Shown: positions 40,277-50,616 of the stretch, piece after piece
Layout: every line of letters begins with the position of its first letter
Numbering within the stretch: the first letter of the stretch is position 1
NCBI GenBank assembly: GCA_050633245.1
Contig: JBOEGD010000010.1
Span: forward strand, 237,866-301,865
Direction: 5' to 3'
DNA length: 64,000 nucleotides
Source: Calditrichia bacterium
Lineage (GTDB): Bacteria; Calditrichota; Calditrichia; RBG-13-44-9; J075
The notes under the pieces: generated by a model
Databases searched by the model: none
Seen by the model: the letters and a program-made list of their open reading frames with translations, nothing else
Told to the model about the DNA's origin: nothing
Translations under genes and position numbers: made by a program

Positions 40277-40555
40277 TTGGATGTGCTGAAAGTTGTCGTG
40301 ACTGGACAGTTCAAAAAAGATATTAGAAAGTCACTCAAACAAGGAAAAGCAGTAGAAGCTCTATTAACGGTTATGGGTTATTTGATACATCAACAACCTT
40401 TACCAGAGAATTTCAAGGATCATCCTTTGGTTGGAGATCTGGTTGGTCGAAGAGACTGTCACTTGCAGCCCGATTTACTTTTGATCTATCGGGTCGAAGG
40501 TGAGAGGCTAATTTTGGAACGAATGGGAAACCACTCGGAGCTGTTCAGAAAATAA
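40277..40555 (+). CDS. yafQ: YafQ-family mRNA interferase toxin
   Basis: QFKKD, DHPLVG, RDCHLQPDLLLIY, GNHSELF. Confidence 0.92.
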   Translation: MDVLKVVVTGQFKKDIRKSLKQGKAVEALLTVMGYLIHQQPLPENFKDHPLVGDLVGRRDCHLQPDLLLIYRVEGERLILERMGNHSELFRK

Positions 40556-40737
40556 GTCTTTCTTTGCTTCAAAAAGCGACTTCTATATGCCTTCTCAACC
40601 GCTCACCTTATCGCCCCGTCTCGCACTCTACTTGTAGACAGCTCTTGCCCACAACGAGTCTGACGTCTATATTTCGTTTGTCGATCTTCAATAGACTTAT
40701 AACGTATTCCTGATCTTATCAGTAGCGGAGGCTTGAG

Positions 40738-41046
40738 ATGCTGGCTATAGAAAAACTGCACAGCGACAAAACTTTAAAAGTTACCAACTGGATTCTCGCA
40801 GGCATAATTGTTCTGGTAAACATTTACTTCCTTCCACTAAGCCTGAACTTGTATACCAGCACTGGTGGTCCGATGGGCATTGGTCTTTTATTATTGCCAG
40901 CAACCCTTTCAATCAATTTCTTGCTCATCACCGCATTTCCGGTTTTCAATTCTAAATACCATACAAGTCGTGGACTTCTGTTTTTAAACGGATTTGGAGT
41001 TCTATGGTCTTTCTTCTGGATGTGGCTTTCGGTAACGGCAGCTTAG
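40738..41046 (+). CDS. Small hypothetical membrane protein (3 TM)
   Basis: GGAGG RBS, hydrophobic segments, GGPMG loop. Confidence 0.65.
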   Translation: MLAIEKLHSDKTLKVTNWILAGIIVLVNIYFLPLSLNLYTSTGGPMGIGLLLLPATLSINFLLITAFPVFNSKYHTSRGLLFLNGFGVLWSFFWMWLSVTAA

Positions 41047-41123
41047 GATAACGCCATTTCATTTGGCAAATTGCCTCGGATCGCTTACACTAGAATAAGC
41101 AAACCTAACGCCGAGGTCGGATA

Positions 41124-41954
41124 ATGAATCCCAACATTTCAAGCGCATTTACAAAGGTAGAAGATACAAACATCCACTATCTGACCGTCGGCAAGGGCGA
41201 GACAATTCTCTTTCTGCACGGCTGGCCAACCTCTTCTTATCTATGGCGAGATATGATGCAGGCACTATCCGAGAAGTATCAGGTGATAGCAATGGATCTG
41301 CCGGGATTTGGAAAGTCTGATAAAAGACCAGAAGATTCCTACAGCTTTCGCTACTACGAACGTATCATTAGCGGCTTTCTGAAGAACTTAAAGATCGAGA
41401 AGATAACGCTCGGCGTTCATGATCTCGGCGGTCCGCTTGGTCTCTATTGGATGATTCAGCATATGGAACAGGTGAATCGGCTGATCCTGTTCAACACGCT
41501 GGTTTATCCGCAGTTCTCCAATATGGTCAAGCTCTTTGGCCTTTCAACGATGCTGCCGGGAATAAGGCATTATTTGAGTAGCGCTGCAGGACTAAAAAAA
41601 GCAATGCTTTTTGGCGTATATCAAAAAGACAAGCTGACGGATGAAGCGATAGAAAACTATCAGGCGCCTTTTATAGAAAGTGATTCCAGAAAGGCACTGC
41701 TAAAAACGGTGCAGCGTCTCAGCAAAAAAGGATTTGAGGAAATCAGCGCCAAGCTGAAAGGATTCAAAGGCCCGGTGCAAATATTGTATGGAGAAGATGA
41801 CAAGATTCTTCCAAAGGTCGCCGACACCATGCAGCGCGTAAAAAAGGACCTGCCGCAAGCTCATATCAAATCGTTCCCAAACTGTGGCCACTTTCTTCAG
41901 GAAGAAATACCCGATCAGCTGGCTGAAGCAGTGCTGGAGTTTATGGTAACTTAG
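41124..41954 (+). CDS. Alpha/beta hydrolase (haloalkane dehalogenase/epoxide hydrolase-like)
   Basis: LHGWPTSSYLWR, DLPGFGKS, VHDLGG (Asp nucleophile), GHFLQEE. Confidence 0.9.
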   Translation: MNPNISSAFTKVEDTNIHYLTVGKGETILFLHGWPTSSYLWRDMMQALSEKYQVIAMDLPGFGKSDKRPEDSYSFRYYERIISGFLKNLKIEKITLGVHDLGGPLGLYWMIQHMEQVNRLILFNTLVYPQFSNMVKLFGLSTMLPGIRHYLSSAAGLKKAMLFGVYQKDKLTDEAIENYQAPFIESDSRKALLKTVQRLSKKGFEEISAKLKGFKGPVQILYGEDDKILPKVADTMQRVKKDLPQAHIKSFPNCGHFLQEEIPDQLAEAVLEFMVT

Positions 41955-42016
41955 ATTTGCGCGATAAATAAATGCTTCTAAACCTGTTTTTATGATAAAG
42001 GCTGTCTATACCTGTT

Positions 42017-42859
42017 ATGAAAAAACGCTTTCTACTCCTAGCACTTGCGTTCCTCTTCGCAACCATGTTTTCTGCCGGCTACATGAACTACCACCAGTTA
42101 AACATCAACGATGTTGCACTCAGTGTTCTGAGCAAGATAAAGAAGATCCAGGGTAATGAGGTCGACCTGCAAGCCATTAAGACAGCAGATTCACCCATCG
42201 TTAATCATGACATCTGGACAACACTCCTGCAACAACATGTCAGCGAAACCGGAGATGTAGACTATGATGCTATTCTTGCGGACAGCGATTTATTCGAAAG
42301 CTATCTGCAGGAATTGAGTAATCATCCTCCCGGCGCAAACTGGAGCAAGAATGAAAAGATCGCCTACTGGATAAATGCCTACAATGCCTTCACGGTAAAA
42401 CTGATTTTAGATTTTTATCCGCTGAAAAGCATTAAAGACATTAGCAGTGGATTACCGATGCTGAATTCTCCCTGGGATCTTAAGTTCTTCAAAATTGCAG
42501 GCGTGGCATTCGATCTGAATACCATTGAGCATGAGATTCTGCGTAAGGACTTTAACGAACCGCGCATTCACTTCGCCATCAACTGCGCCTCGTTTTCCTG
42601 TCCGAAGTTGCTAAATATGGCTTTTACTGCTGATTCTCTGGAAACTCAGCTGGAAGCACAAACGAGAGCCTTCCTGAATAACCCGGATAAGAATATCATC
42701 ACAGATAAAGAAATCCGGGTGTCGAAGATCTTCAGCTGGTTTCAGCGAGATTTTGGTGGGCAGAATGGCGTGCTTGCCTTCATTCAAAAATATCGTCCTG
42801 AGCTCAATAAGGAAAACCCGGTTGAGTATTTGGATTATAATTGGGGCTTGAATAATTGA
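42017..42859 (+). CDS. DUF547-domain protein
   Basis: AYWINAYNA, IEHEILR, EPRIHFAINCASFSCP, SKIFSWF, YNWGLN. Confidence 0.92.
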   Translation: MKKRFLLLALAFLFATMFSAGYMNYHQLNINDVALSVLSKIKKIQGNEVDLQAIKTADSPIVNHDIWTTLLQQHVSETGDVDYDAILADSDLFESYLQELSNHPPGANWSKNEKIAYWINAYNAFTVKLILDFYPLKSIKDISSGLPMLNSPWDLKFFKIAGVAFDLNTIEHEILRKDFNEPRIHFAINCASFSCPKLLNMAFTADSLETQLEAQTRAFLNNPDKNIITDKEIRVSKIFSWFQRDFGGQNGVLAFIQKYRPELNKENPVEYLDYNWGLNN

Positions 42860-43049
42860 CTCTTTCACTGACCGTGAACCTCAATGGAGTTTATCCTGGG
42901 TTCTATGAAAGACTAAAGATATAATCCGTTGAAAGGAATGCTCCCAAAACAAGCTCTTGCTGGAAACCTGGTCGGTCTCTATATTCACATATATGTAATC
43001 TTTAAAAACAACCCCTCTGAGCAATGCTTGATACTAAAACGAGAAACCA

Positions 43050-44048
43050 ATGAAAAATAAATTCCTGGCAATACTTGAAGTCATTGGAGTTTTGGTAATT
43101 GGTTGGACATTAACACGAATCCTGGTTACAGCACTTGGCGTACCTCCTCTCCAAGAATATTTAGACAAAGCCATTTTAAGCGATAACCCGGATTTTCTTT
43201 ACCTTTCAAAAATTGGTTTCCTTACACTGTTGATACAGTTCCTCTGCTTAATGATTCCTGCATACATAATAACCAAGCTGCTGCATAAGGGAGGATTAAA
43301 AAGCTTTGGAATTACCACAGGAAATAAACCGCTAAAAGAGACTGTTTTAACTGGCTTTGTGCTCTTTTGCTTATTAGGTATTCCAATGAAACTTTTGCTC
43401 ATTGCCAATCATTTTACAAACCTGGGGATGATTCCAAGCTATTGGGAAGTATTCAATAAAGATTGGAACGTGGGATTTTGGATTTTTATGGCAGTTGGCA
43501 GTTATGCTGTTATCCCGGTATTTGAAGAATTATTTTACCGGGGATACGCGCAGTTCAGACTTGAAAAAGAGTTTAAGTTTTTTGCCATACTATTCATTTC
43601 GTTGCTTTTTACCCTAAGTCATTTTCAATATTTCATTCCTGATATGTTTAATATTGGCATGTTATTCTCCCTTTTTTTGCTTGCCATTGGAATGGCATTT
43701 TCAAGGTACCTGAATGTGTCAATAATTGCACCGATAGTTATTCATTCATTAATGAATATTCCCTTAAAATATCCTTATGATCTGTTTGTACTGGCAGCCA
43801 TGATTCTTGGTTTAGTAATATTGAGAAAAAGAGTTGCAAAGCTCATTACAGATTCAATTGATGAATCAAAAAATACAAACTATCTAGAAAATTCTTTGTT
43901 CTTGATAATTATTCTAGCATTCGCACTAGGAATGAATTTTACACCTGAGATTACATTGATAGCATTCATATTTTTATTTATTGTTTCTCTGATCGTCCAA
44001 ATTCTGAGTAAAAGAGGACATAAAGTAAAGGCCACGGACAATTCATAA
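43050..44048 (+). CDS. CPBP (Abi/CAAX) intramembrane protease
   Basis: PVFEELFYRG, FTLSH, IHSLMN; AT-rich. Confidence 0.88.
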   Translation: MKNKFLAILEVIGVLVIGWTLTRILVTALGVPPLQEYLDKAILSDNPDFLYLSKIGFLTLLIQFLCLMIPAYIITKLLHKGGLKSFGITTGNKPLKETVLTGFVLFCLLGIPMKLLLIANHFTNLGMIPSYWEVFNKDWNVGFWIFMAVGSYAVIPVFEELFYRGYAQFRLEKEFKFFAILFISLLFTLSHFQYFIPDMFNIGMLFSLFLLAIGMAFSRYLNVSIIAPIVIHSLMNIPLKYPYDLFVLAAMILGLVILRKRVAKLITDSIDESKNTNYLENSLFLIIILAFALGMNFTPEITLIAFIFLFIVSLIVQILSKRGHKVKATDNS

Positions 44049-44370
44049 TTTAATAACCAAGACAGAGTAAAAGTCCTCCCCTCTCTCAATCACTACAACA
44101 TCAACCACATTATTGGGAACCAGACACCCGATCAGCTCCGACCTGTTGGGACGCGCCAGAAGCAAAGCATCCAATAGATCCCGAAGGGACGCCCCATAAG
44201 CGAAGTGCCCAAGAAGTCCTTGCTCACCTCTTTACCCGCACTTATATTCTAAAATATTCCACGAAAAACTACGGGTGTTATCCTCTCTATATATGAGGTT
44301 TCATACCCAAAAAGGCATACAAAGTTAATTTCTTTCGAAAAATAGAGTTCATTAATCTTTTACGGAGTTG

Positions 44371-44431
44371 AAAGAATATTGCAAAGGGCGTTCCTATGCA
44401 GCACGGTCAACTTACGCCCCGCATATTCTTT
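44371..44431 (+). ncRNA. Candidate structured RNA hairpin immediately upstream of TerD-like gene
   Basis: AAAGAATAT(T)GC/GCATATTCTTT outer stem, GGGCGT/ACGCCC inner stem, 22-nt loop TCCTATGCAGCACGGTCAACTT. Confidence 0.5.
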
Positions 44432-44441
44432 AATTTGCCAC

Positions 44442-46232
44442 ATGAATACAACAGCGATTGAATTAGGCTTAAAGCTTTTTAGTGCCGTTCCAAAGAACAC
44501 ATCCCAAGCGACCTCTTTTGAGACGTCTCTGAAATACGGTGTAATTGTCGACAGACATGCTTCTTACGCACAGGCAGAGATACTCAACTATTTTGTAAAG
44601 AACAAACTAAGCGCCGAGCAGTTGAATGCAACTTTCCACAAGTCCTGGCAAGTAATTGAAAATAGCAGCCGTCAGGAATTGTTCGTTCATCAAATTCTGC
44701 ACTATCTCACCACATACGGAACAGATTTCACCTCTGAGTTCGTATATTTTCCGGCTGAGCATCTATCGCTTCCTAAAGCGACAAAGATTCCGCTTCGCGT
44801 TGTTCGGGGAATCGAGTCGGCTGAGTTAATTAATATGGCCTTAGACATGCTCAGTAGCGGTATTGCTCTGGATGAAATAACGCTGGATGATCTGCTGGAT
44901 TTATTGGATGCGCTGGACTATAAATTCACTTCCGTTAGCCATATTAAAAATAAAGAAGCATCCGTAAAGGTTATTTCCAGAACAGGAATTTATCCGGACA
45001 GCCCTGTTGAGTTTTTACGCTTCCTCGTCTACCTCTCAACCGGGACAACACTGTTGATAAAGAATGACGAAACGATTAAGGCAATAAAAGAATCTGAACT
45101 ACCTATTGCTGAACATGTAGCGGCGTTCGGACTTAAAAAATGTGCTGAAATCTTTAATCGATTTAAGCCGCTCTGGCTGTCATTCAAGACAAACAGGACA
45201 AACAGGGCGGCAATTAATGAAATAAACAGGCTCGCCAAAAGACATCATAAACCGATGCCGGTCGATGTCTTAAATTCAGTAACGTCTATTTCATACAGCA
45301 CTACAGAAGTTCTCGAGGCACTACAACAGGTTAATAACTTTAGGAAGATACGACTGCTCAATGCATTGAATATTCGACTGAATGCAGCAGATACGTTCTT
45401 ATACCGAATACGAAACGGCAAGTCTTTTTCCAAAGAGAAACACACCAACAAGTCAGCTCTGTATTATCGTACGATGTTTAATTTGGTTTACGAGAATCTG
45501 CTTGATTCTTTGGATTTGGCCGGAAAGAAAGTAGCTTATCCTGAAAACATTGACTATGCACTACCAGTTTCGGAGAAGATGTTTGTAGGCAATTTTCCTG
45601 TTGGAACCAAAATTACATCGGAGAATTTAGCCTCAGGAATTTATTGGGAGAATAAGTGGGGCGCGAATGATCTTGACTTGTCTGCGCTGCAGCTGTCTGG
45701 GAAAGTCGGTTGGAATAGTGTCTTTAAGTCGAAGGGACTGCTGTATTCGGGAGATATAACGGATGCGCCAAATGGCGCAACAGAACTCCTGTATACAAAA
45801 AAGAACCTGCCTAATCCCGCTTTATCAATTGCTAATATCTATTCCGGCACCCTGGGCTGCAAGTTCAAAATAATTATTGGATCCGCACCGCGTGTTCGGG
45901 AGAACTACATGTTTGACCCAAATGAATTAATTTTGGAAGCCGAATCGACAATGAAAGGCAGCCAGCAAATTCTCGGCTTATTTTTACCCGAAGAAGGTAA
46001 CACAGTTAGTTTTGTTATTATTAATACGGTCTTCGGCAGCATGAGCGTCAGTTCCAATTCGATTCACAATCAGAATGCCAGGAAAGCGCTTTACTTTCAA
46101 TACGCGTCTCCGATATCCATGAGAAAACTGCTTACCGATGCTGGTGCCATTTTAGTTTCCGACGAGAAGTCAGAAATCAACCTGATGCCCCATCACCTCT
46201 CGAAGAGCACAATTGTGACGATCTTCAGCTAG
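44442..46232 (+). CDS. Uncharacterised protein, helical N-terminus plus TerD-like C-terminal domain
   Basis: NATFHKSW, HYLTTYG, RFKPLWL, RIRNGK; GIYWEN..DLDLS and YSGDITDAPNGATE resemble TerD motifs; start moved to ATG 44442. Confidence 0.65.
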   Translation: MNTTAIELGLKLFSAVPKNTSQATSFETSLKYGVIVDRHASYAQAEILNYFVKNKLSAEQLNATFHKSWQVIENSSRQELFVHQILHYLTTYGTDFTSEFVYFPAEHLSLPKATKIPLRVVRGIESAELINMALDMLSSGIALDEITLDDLLDLLDALDYKFTSVSHIKNKEASVKVISRTGIYPDSPVEFLRFLVYLSTGTTLLIKNDETIKAIKESELPIAEHVAAFGLKKCAEIFNRFKPLWLSFKTNRTNRAAINEINRLAKRHHKPMPVDVLNSVTSISYSTTEVLEALQQVNNFRKIRLLNALNIRLNAADTFLYRIRNGKSFSKEKHTNKSALYYRTMFNLVYENLLDSLDLAGKKVAYPENIDYALPVSEKMFVGNFPVGTKITSENLASGIYWENKWGANDLDLSALQLSGKVGWNSVFKSKGLLYSGDITDAPNGATELLYTKKNLPNPALSIANIYSGTLGCKFKIIIGSAPRVRENYMFDPNELILEAESTMKGSQQILGLFLPEEGNTVSFVIINTVFGSMSVSSNSIHNQNARKALYFQYASPISMRKLLTDAGAILVSDEKSEINLMPHHLSKSTIVTIFS

Positions 46233-46431
46233 AGACAGGAAATCTCAATACATCGAGCCCGGCTCCCAAATTACTTCCTATCCTGAAAAAGCATCTCTCA
46301 TATATCGGCAACTCGAATAAGCCCTTATCGCAGAGCCCTATTAACCAGCTCTGGCTTCGACTCCGCTCTGGCTGACGCTTTCGGTCGCCTTGTCTCCTTG
46401 TCTCCTTGTCCATCAATGCGTATAATTTTAT

Positions 46432-47973
46432 ATGAAAAAACAATCCCTATTCCCCGCATTGCTGACAGCGTTTGTATTACTTTTTCTGTCGTGCAATAAT
46501 CAGTCGAGTAGTAAAATGACTGTCATCGATTTAGACGAACTAACCGTCGCTCAAATTCATCAGGCCTACGAAGACGGTGACTACACTTCCGAGCAGCTTA
46601 CCGCGGCCTATTTCGCACGGATTGATAGCCTTGACCAGTCCACCACGCTCAATGCGATTGTGGTAAAAAATCCCGATGCGCTGAAGCGCGCTCGCGAGCT
46701 CGATGAAGAGTATGCCAAAACCGGCAAGCTACGGCCAATGCACGGTATTCCGGTAATTGTGAAGGACAACTATCACACAATGGGACTGCAAACAGCCGGC
46801 GGTTCAATTGTGCTTAAAGGTTTTGAACCAAAAGACGATGCCTGGCAGGTTGCGAAGCTTAAAGAGGCTGGTGCTATTGTGCTGGTAAAATCCAACATGG
46901 GTGAATGGGCATTCAGCGCAAAACACACCAACAGCTCGCTAATTGGAACGACGCGCAATCCCTACAATACCGATCACGTGCCGGCCGGCTCCAGCGGTGG
47001 AACCGCGGCAGGTGTGGCAGCCAACTTTGGTGCAGTCGGACTCGGAACAGATACCGGAAACTCCATACGTGGACCGTCTTCACATAACGCACTGGTGGGA
47101 TTTCGCTCTACGCTGGGCCTTACCAGTCGGCATGGGATTATCCCGCTCTATATGCGCAACGACGTCGGCGGGCCAATGTGTCGCACCGTTGAGGATGCCA
47201 CGCGCATTCTGGAACTGATTGCCGGATACGATCCCGCCGATCCGCTGACAAAGCATAGCGAAGGCCGTGTCGCCGAAAGCTACATGGCGCATCTAAAGAA
47301 GGACGGTCTGAAGGGAAAACGTATCGGTGTGCTGCGTCAACTCAGCGAGCGCGATTCTCACCCTTCCATTCAAAAGTTGTTTAACACTGCCGTTGAAGAT
47401 TTAGAGAAACTGGGTGCCGAAATTGTCGACCCGTTCGACATTCCGAATTTCGACGAGGTGCGTAAAGATCAGTGGTGCTCTGAGTTCCGTGTAGACATCG
47501 AGGAATGGCTGGCAGCAAATCATCCAACGTTACGCACATTGGAAGACATTATTGCAGCTGGCACGCCAACGCCTTCGGCAGCTGAAGGGCTGGAGTATTT
47601 TCTCACCAACGCCGGGCGTGGTGATGATTCTGCCGTTCCCTGCGGTGATGCCTATAGCGATCCGAAACGCATTGCCTACCGCAAAGCGATCGAGGGTGAA
47701 ATGGATCGGCTGAAAGTTGATGCCATTATCTACCCAAGCTGGGGACATCCACCGGCAAAGATCGAACTGTTTGAGGAAGGATATCTGGGAGATAATAGTC
47801 AGATCATCGCGCCACATACCGGCCAACCGGCGTTTACCGTTCCAATGGGATTTAGCGAAGGCAATTTACCGGCAGGTCTACAGATCCTGGGCAGGATGTA
47901 CGATGAGCCAACGCTAATCGAGATCGCCTATGGCTATGAGCAGGGAACGATGCATCGCAGGAAACCGTATTAG
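46432..47973 (+). CDS. Amidase-signature family lipoprotein
   Basis: FLSC lipobox, GIPVIVKDN, PAGSSGG, GTDTGNSIRGP. Confidence 0.93.
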   Translation: MKKQSLFPALLTAFVLLFLSCNNQSSSKMTVIDLDELTVAQIHQAYEDGDYTSEQLTAAYFARIDSLDQSTTLNAIVVKNPDALKRARELDEEYAKTGKLRPMHGIPVIVKDNYHTMGLQTAGGSIVLKGFEPKDDAWQVAKLKEAGAIVLVKSNMGEWAFSAKHTNSSLIGTTRNPYNTDHVPAGSSGGTAAGVAANFGAVGLGTDTGNSIRGPSSHNALVGFRSTLGLTSRHGIIPLYMRNDVGGPMCRTVEDATRILELIAGYDPADPLTKHSEGRVAESYMAHLKKDGLKGKRIGVLRQLSERDSHPSIQKLFNTAVEDLEKLGAEIVDPFDIPNFDEVRKDQWCSEFRVDIEEWLAANHPTLRTLEDIIAAGTPTPSAAEGLEYFLTNAGRGDDSAVPCGDAYSDPKRIAYRKAIEGEMDRLKVDAIIYPSWGHPPAKIELFEEGYLGDNSQIIAPHTGQPAFTVPMGFSEGNLPAGLQILGRMYDEPTLIEIAYGYEQGTMHRRKPY

Positions 47974-48022
47974 TGAGACGATGGGGTGACAAGGAGACTT
48001 GAGGATGGGGCGAAAGCTAGCC

Positions 48023-48177
48023 GCGTCAGGCTGAGCGGAGTCGAAGTCTAGCGGCAACTAAAACACGGCAATGAAAAGACGGCAGAGAAAACACGGCAAT
48101 TAAAACACGGCAATTAAAAGACGGTAGAGAAAGCACGACAATCGTAGACTGCGTCAGACTGAGCGGAGTCGAAGTCT
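48023..48177. repeat. Two REP-like copies (GCGTCAG.CTGAGCGGAGTCGAAGTCT) flanking 14-mer AAAACACGGCAATT-type repeats
   Basis: Directly visible. Confidence 0.85.
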
Positions 48178-48248
48178 GGTGGCTATTAAATAGACAAAAA
48201 GAAGATAGAAGAATCAACACTGGCAGCAATAAGCAGGAGTATTCAGCA

Positions 48249-48830
48249 ATGGCAGCAGGTGGACATTTCCTATTCACTCTTTTTAAGATTGCACTTTTAG
48301 CAAGTGTCTACTCACTACTCCTTTGGGCTTTTTTTAAACGAATAGGTAAGTCGAAACCTGAGAGTTGGTTTCACCGAACGACAATCAATAAACGTAGCTT
48401 TTTGATTGAAGCTGGAGTTTCAATCTCAATTGTTTTGCTTGCATGGTTGTTCAGCTATTGGGGAGACCACGGATGGGGAGATCACTTTCGAATTCCAATT
48501 GGAAACGGTCTTGCAGTTGAGGGTATAGATTTAGCTGAATATGGATATATTAAGAACCTACAAACGAGTAAGGACAAAGACATTGAGATGACAATGTTTA
48601 AGGTTCATAACAACGTGCTGGTTGGTAATTTAGATAGCCACTTTTACTCTTATAGAAATCAGTATTTTATTTATGACATGTCTAAAAAAGTTATGTTAGA
48701 ATTTTCAAATCAAGCTGAGCTTGACAACTATACTTCAAGAAACGATTTACCGGATTCATCAGAGTTATTAACATTTAATACAAACTATCACCAGCATTGG
48801 AACGGTTGGCGATTTTTGTTATTACCCTAA
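48249..48830 (+). CDS. Hypothetical membrane protein
   Basis: Two TM helices, SYWGDHGWGD motif, CAGGAG RBS. Confidence 0.65.
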   Translation: MAAGGHFLFTLFKIALLASVYSLLLWAFFKRIGKSKPESWFHRTTINKRSFLIEAGVSISIVLLAWLFSYWGDHGWGDHFRIPIGNGLAVEGIDLAEYGYIKNLQTSKDKDIEMTMFKVHNNVLVGNLDSHFYSYRNQYFIYDMSKKVMLEFSNQAELDNYTSRNDLPDSSELLTFNTNYHQHWNGWRFLLLP

Positions 48831-48982
48831 TCACTGTTGCCGCAAGACTCAGGAAGCGCCCCGCTATTGATTTGCCTTCGACGAACTCAGACAGCGGATT
48901 CTCCCGCTCTGGCTTCGACTCCGCTCAGCCTGACGCTTTCAATCCTTGTCTCCCACTCTCCCTGTCGCTCACTCTAGTTGTC

Positions 48983-50440
48983 TTAAGAAGCAAGCCAGCG
49001 ATAAAGCTCAACATACTTTTGCACTTGAACATCCCAGGAAAAGTTCTTCTCCATACCGGCCTTCATCAGCTTGGTCCAGGCATCACGGTTTTTGTAGGTC
49101 TCAACCGCATGGTTAATTGCCCACTTCACGCTGTCTGCATTAAAGTGCTCGAATACAAATCCGGTCCCCTGCTGCGATTCCCAATCGTAAAAGTCTACCG
49201 TATCGGCAAGACCGCCTGTCTTCCGAACGATTGGCACCGTACCGTATTTCAAGCTGTAAATCTGGTTTAGGCCACATGGTTCATAGCGCGACGGCATCAG
49301 AAACATATCGCTACCGGCTTCAATGAGATGCGACAACTCTACATTGTATCCGTTAAAGAAGACCATCTTGTATGGGAAATGTGCCTGAGCCTGCTGAAAG
49401 AAGTGAGCATATTTCTCTTCACCACTACCCAAGACGACAAACTGGATATCGGTTGAGGCAAGAATTTCAAATAAAGATTCATGAAGTAACTCAAAACCCT
49501 TTTGTCCGGTTAAGCGCGACACAATGCCGCAAACTGGTGTCGTGGAATTATAGGGTAAACTCATTTTTTTCAGAAGTGCCTGCTTGTTCTTTTCCTTACC
49601 AGACAGATCATTAATGTTAAACGCGTGGGGAATCAGCTTGTCCGATTCGGGACTCCACTCGGCATAGTCGACGCCGTTTACAATTCCAATTAAGCGATCT
49701 TGCCGTTGCTGTAGCAATCCTTCCAGTCCACAGCCATATTCGGATGTCATAATCTCTTTTGCGTAGGTATTACTAACCGTAGTGATCATATCTGCATGCA
49801 GCAGCCCTATTTTCATATAGTTGATAATACCTGCATCCAGATCTTCTGACGGTAATAACTGCTTATAATCATTAATGCCCAGCGTATCCAGCTTATCCCA
49901 ACCGAAAATCCCCTGATAGCCAATATTATGTATGGTTAAGATAGTCCGGGTTTTGGCAAATAAGCCATCCCACGAATAGAGCGTTTTCAGGTAAAGTGGC
50001 GCCAGGCCGGTTTGCCAATCGTTACAGTGCATAATATCCGGCGCCCAACCCATTCGCTGGCAGCATTCGATAGAGGCGCGCGTCAGCAGTGCGAAGCGCA
50101 GATATTCATCCATATCATCAGTGTAGATACTGCCACGGTCGAACAGTCCGGGGCAGTGGACAAAATACACGTTGGCATTGCTATCCGGTAATTTTGCAGT
50201 TAATAAAGAAAAGGTCAGAGAAAAATTACCAAACTGAATTTGGATATCCTGGATAAAGTCTACCTCGTGAAAATCCGAGATAGATGTATCAATGTTCGAA
50301 TAGAACGGCATAAATACGCGAATATCGTGTCCATCTTTATCCAAATATTTTGCCAGGGCACCCGATACGTCGGCAAGACCACCGGTTTTGGCAAATGGTA
50401 CAACTTCTGAGGCAAGAAAACAGATTTTAAGTGGATCCAT
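48983..50440 (-). CDS. glgA: Glycogen synthase (GT5)
   Basis: PFAKTGGLADV, HCNDWQT, TIHNIGYQG, PSRYEPCGL, RKTGGLADTV; start at MDPLKI. Confidence 0.96.
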   Translation of the reverse strand: MDPLKICFLASEVVPFAKTGGLADVSGALAKYLDKDGHDIRVFMPFYSNIDTSISDFHEVDFIQDIQIQFGNFSLTFSLLTAKLPDSNANVYFVHCPGLFDRGSIYTDDMDEYLRFALLTRASIECCQRMGWAPDIMHCNDWQTGLAPLYLKTLYSWDGLFAKTRTILTIHNIGYQGIFGWDKLDTLGINDYKQLLPSEDLDAGIINYMKIGLLHADMITTVSNTYAKEIMTSEYGCGLEGLLQQRQDRLIGIVNGVDYAEWSPESDKLIPHAFNINDLSGKEKNKQALLKKMSLPYNSTTPVCGIVSRLTGQKGFELLHESLFEILASTDIQFVVLGSGEEKYAHFFQQAQAHFPYKMVFFNGYNVELSHLIEAGSDMFLMPSRYEPCGLNQIYSLKYGTVPIVRKTGGLADTVDFYDWESQQGTGFVFEHFNADSVKWAINHAVETYKNRDAWTKLMKAGMEKNFSWDVQVQKYVELYRWLAS

Positions 50441-50546
50441 GTAGGGCTTCCCGGTAAGTAATGTGTAATAATATACGGGTTGGTAATATAACAATCAATG
50501 CAATGTAAAGACGCAATGTATAATCGGAAGGTTTAGGCAGGATGTT

Positions 50547-50588
50547 TAATAATGTAGAGACGCAATGAATTGCGTCTCTACATTATTA
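50547..50588. repeat. Long REP-like palindrome
   Basis: TAATAATGTAGAGACGCAAT-GA-ATTGCGTCTCTACATTATTA. Confidence 0.85.
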
Positions 50589-50616
50589 CAACAATTTGCA
50601 TTGCGTTTCTACATTG

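Noticed and set aside
44379-44441. TTG-started N-terminal extension of the TerD-like gene
   Set aside because: It runs through the hairpin; ATG 44442 is the more plausible start
38000-48980. Classical integron
   Set aside because: No intI and no convincing RYYYAAC...GTTRRRY attC sites after the genes
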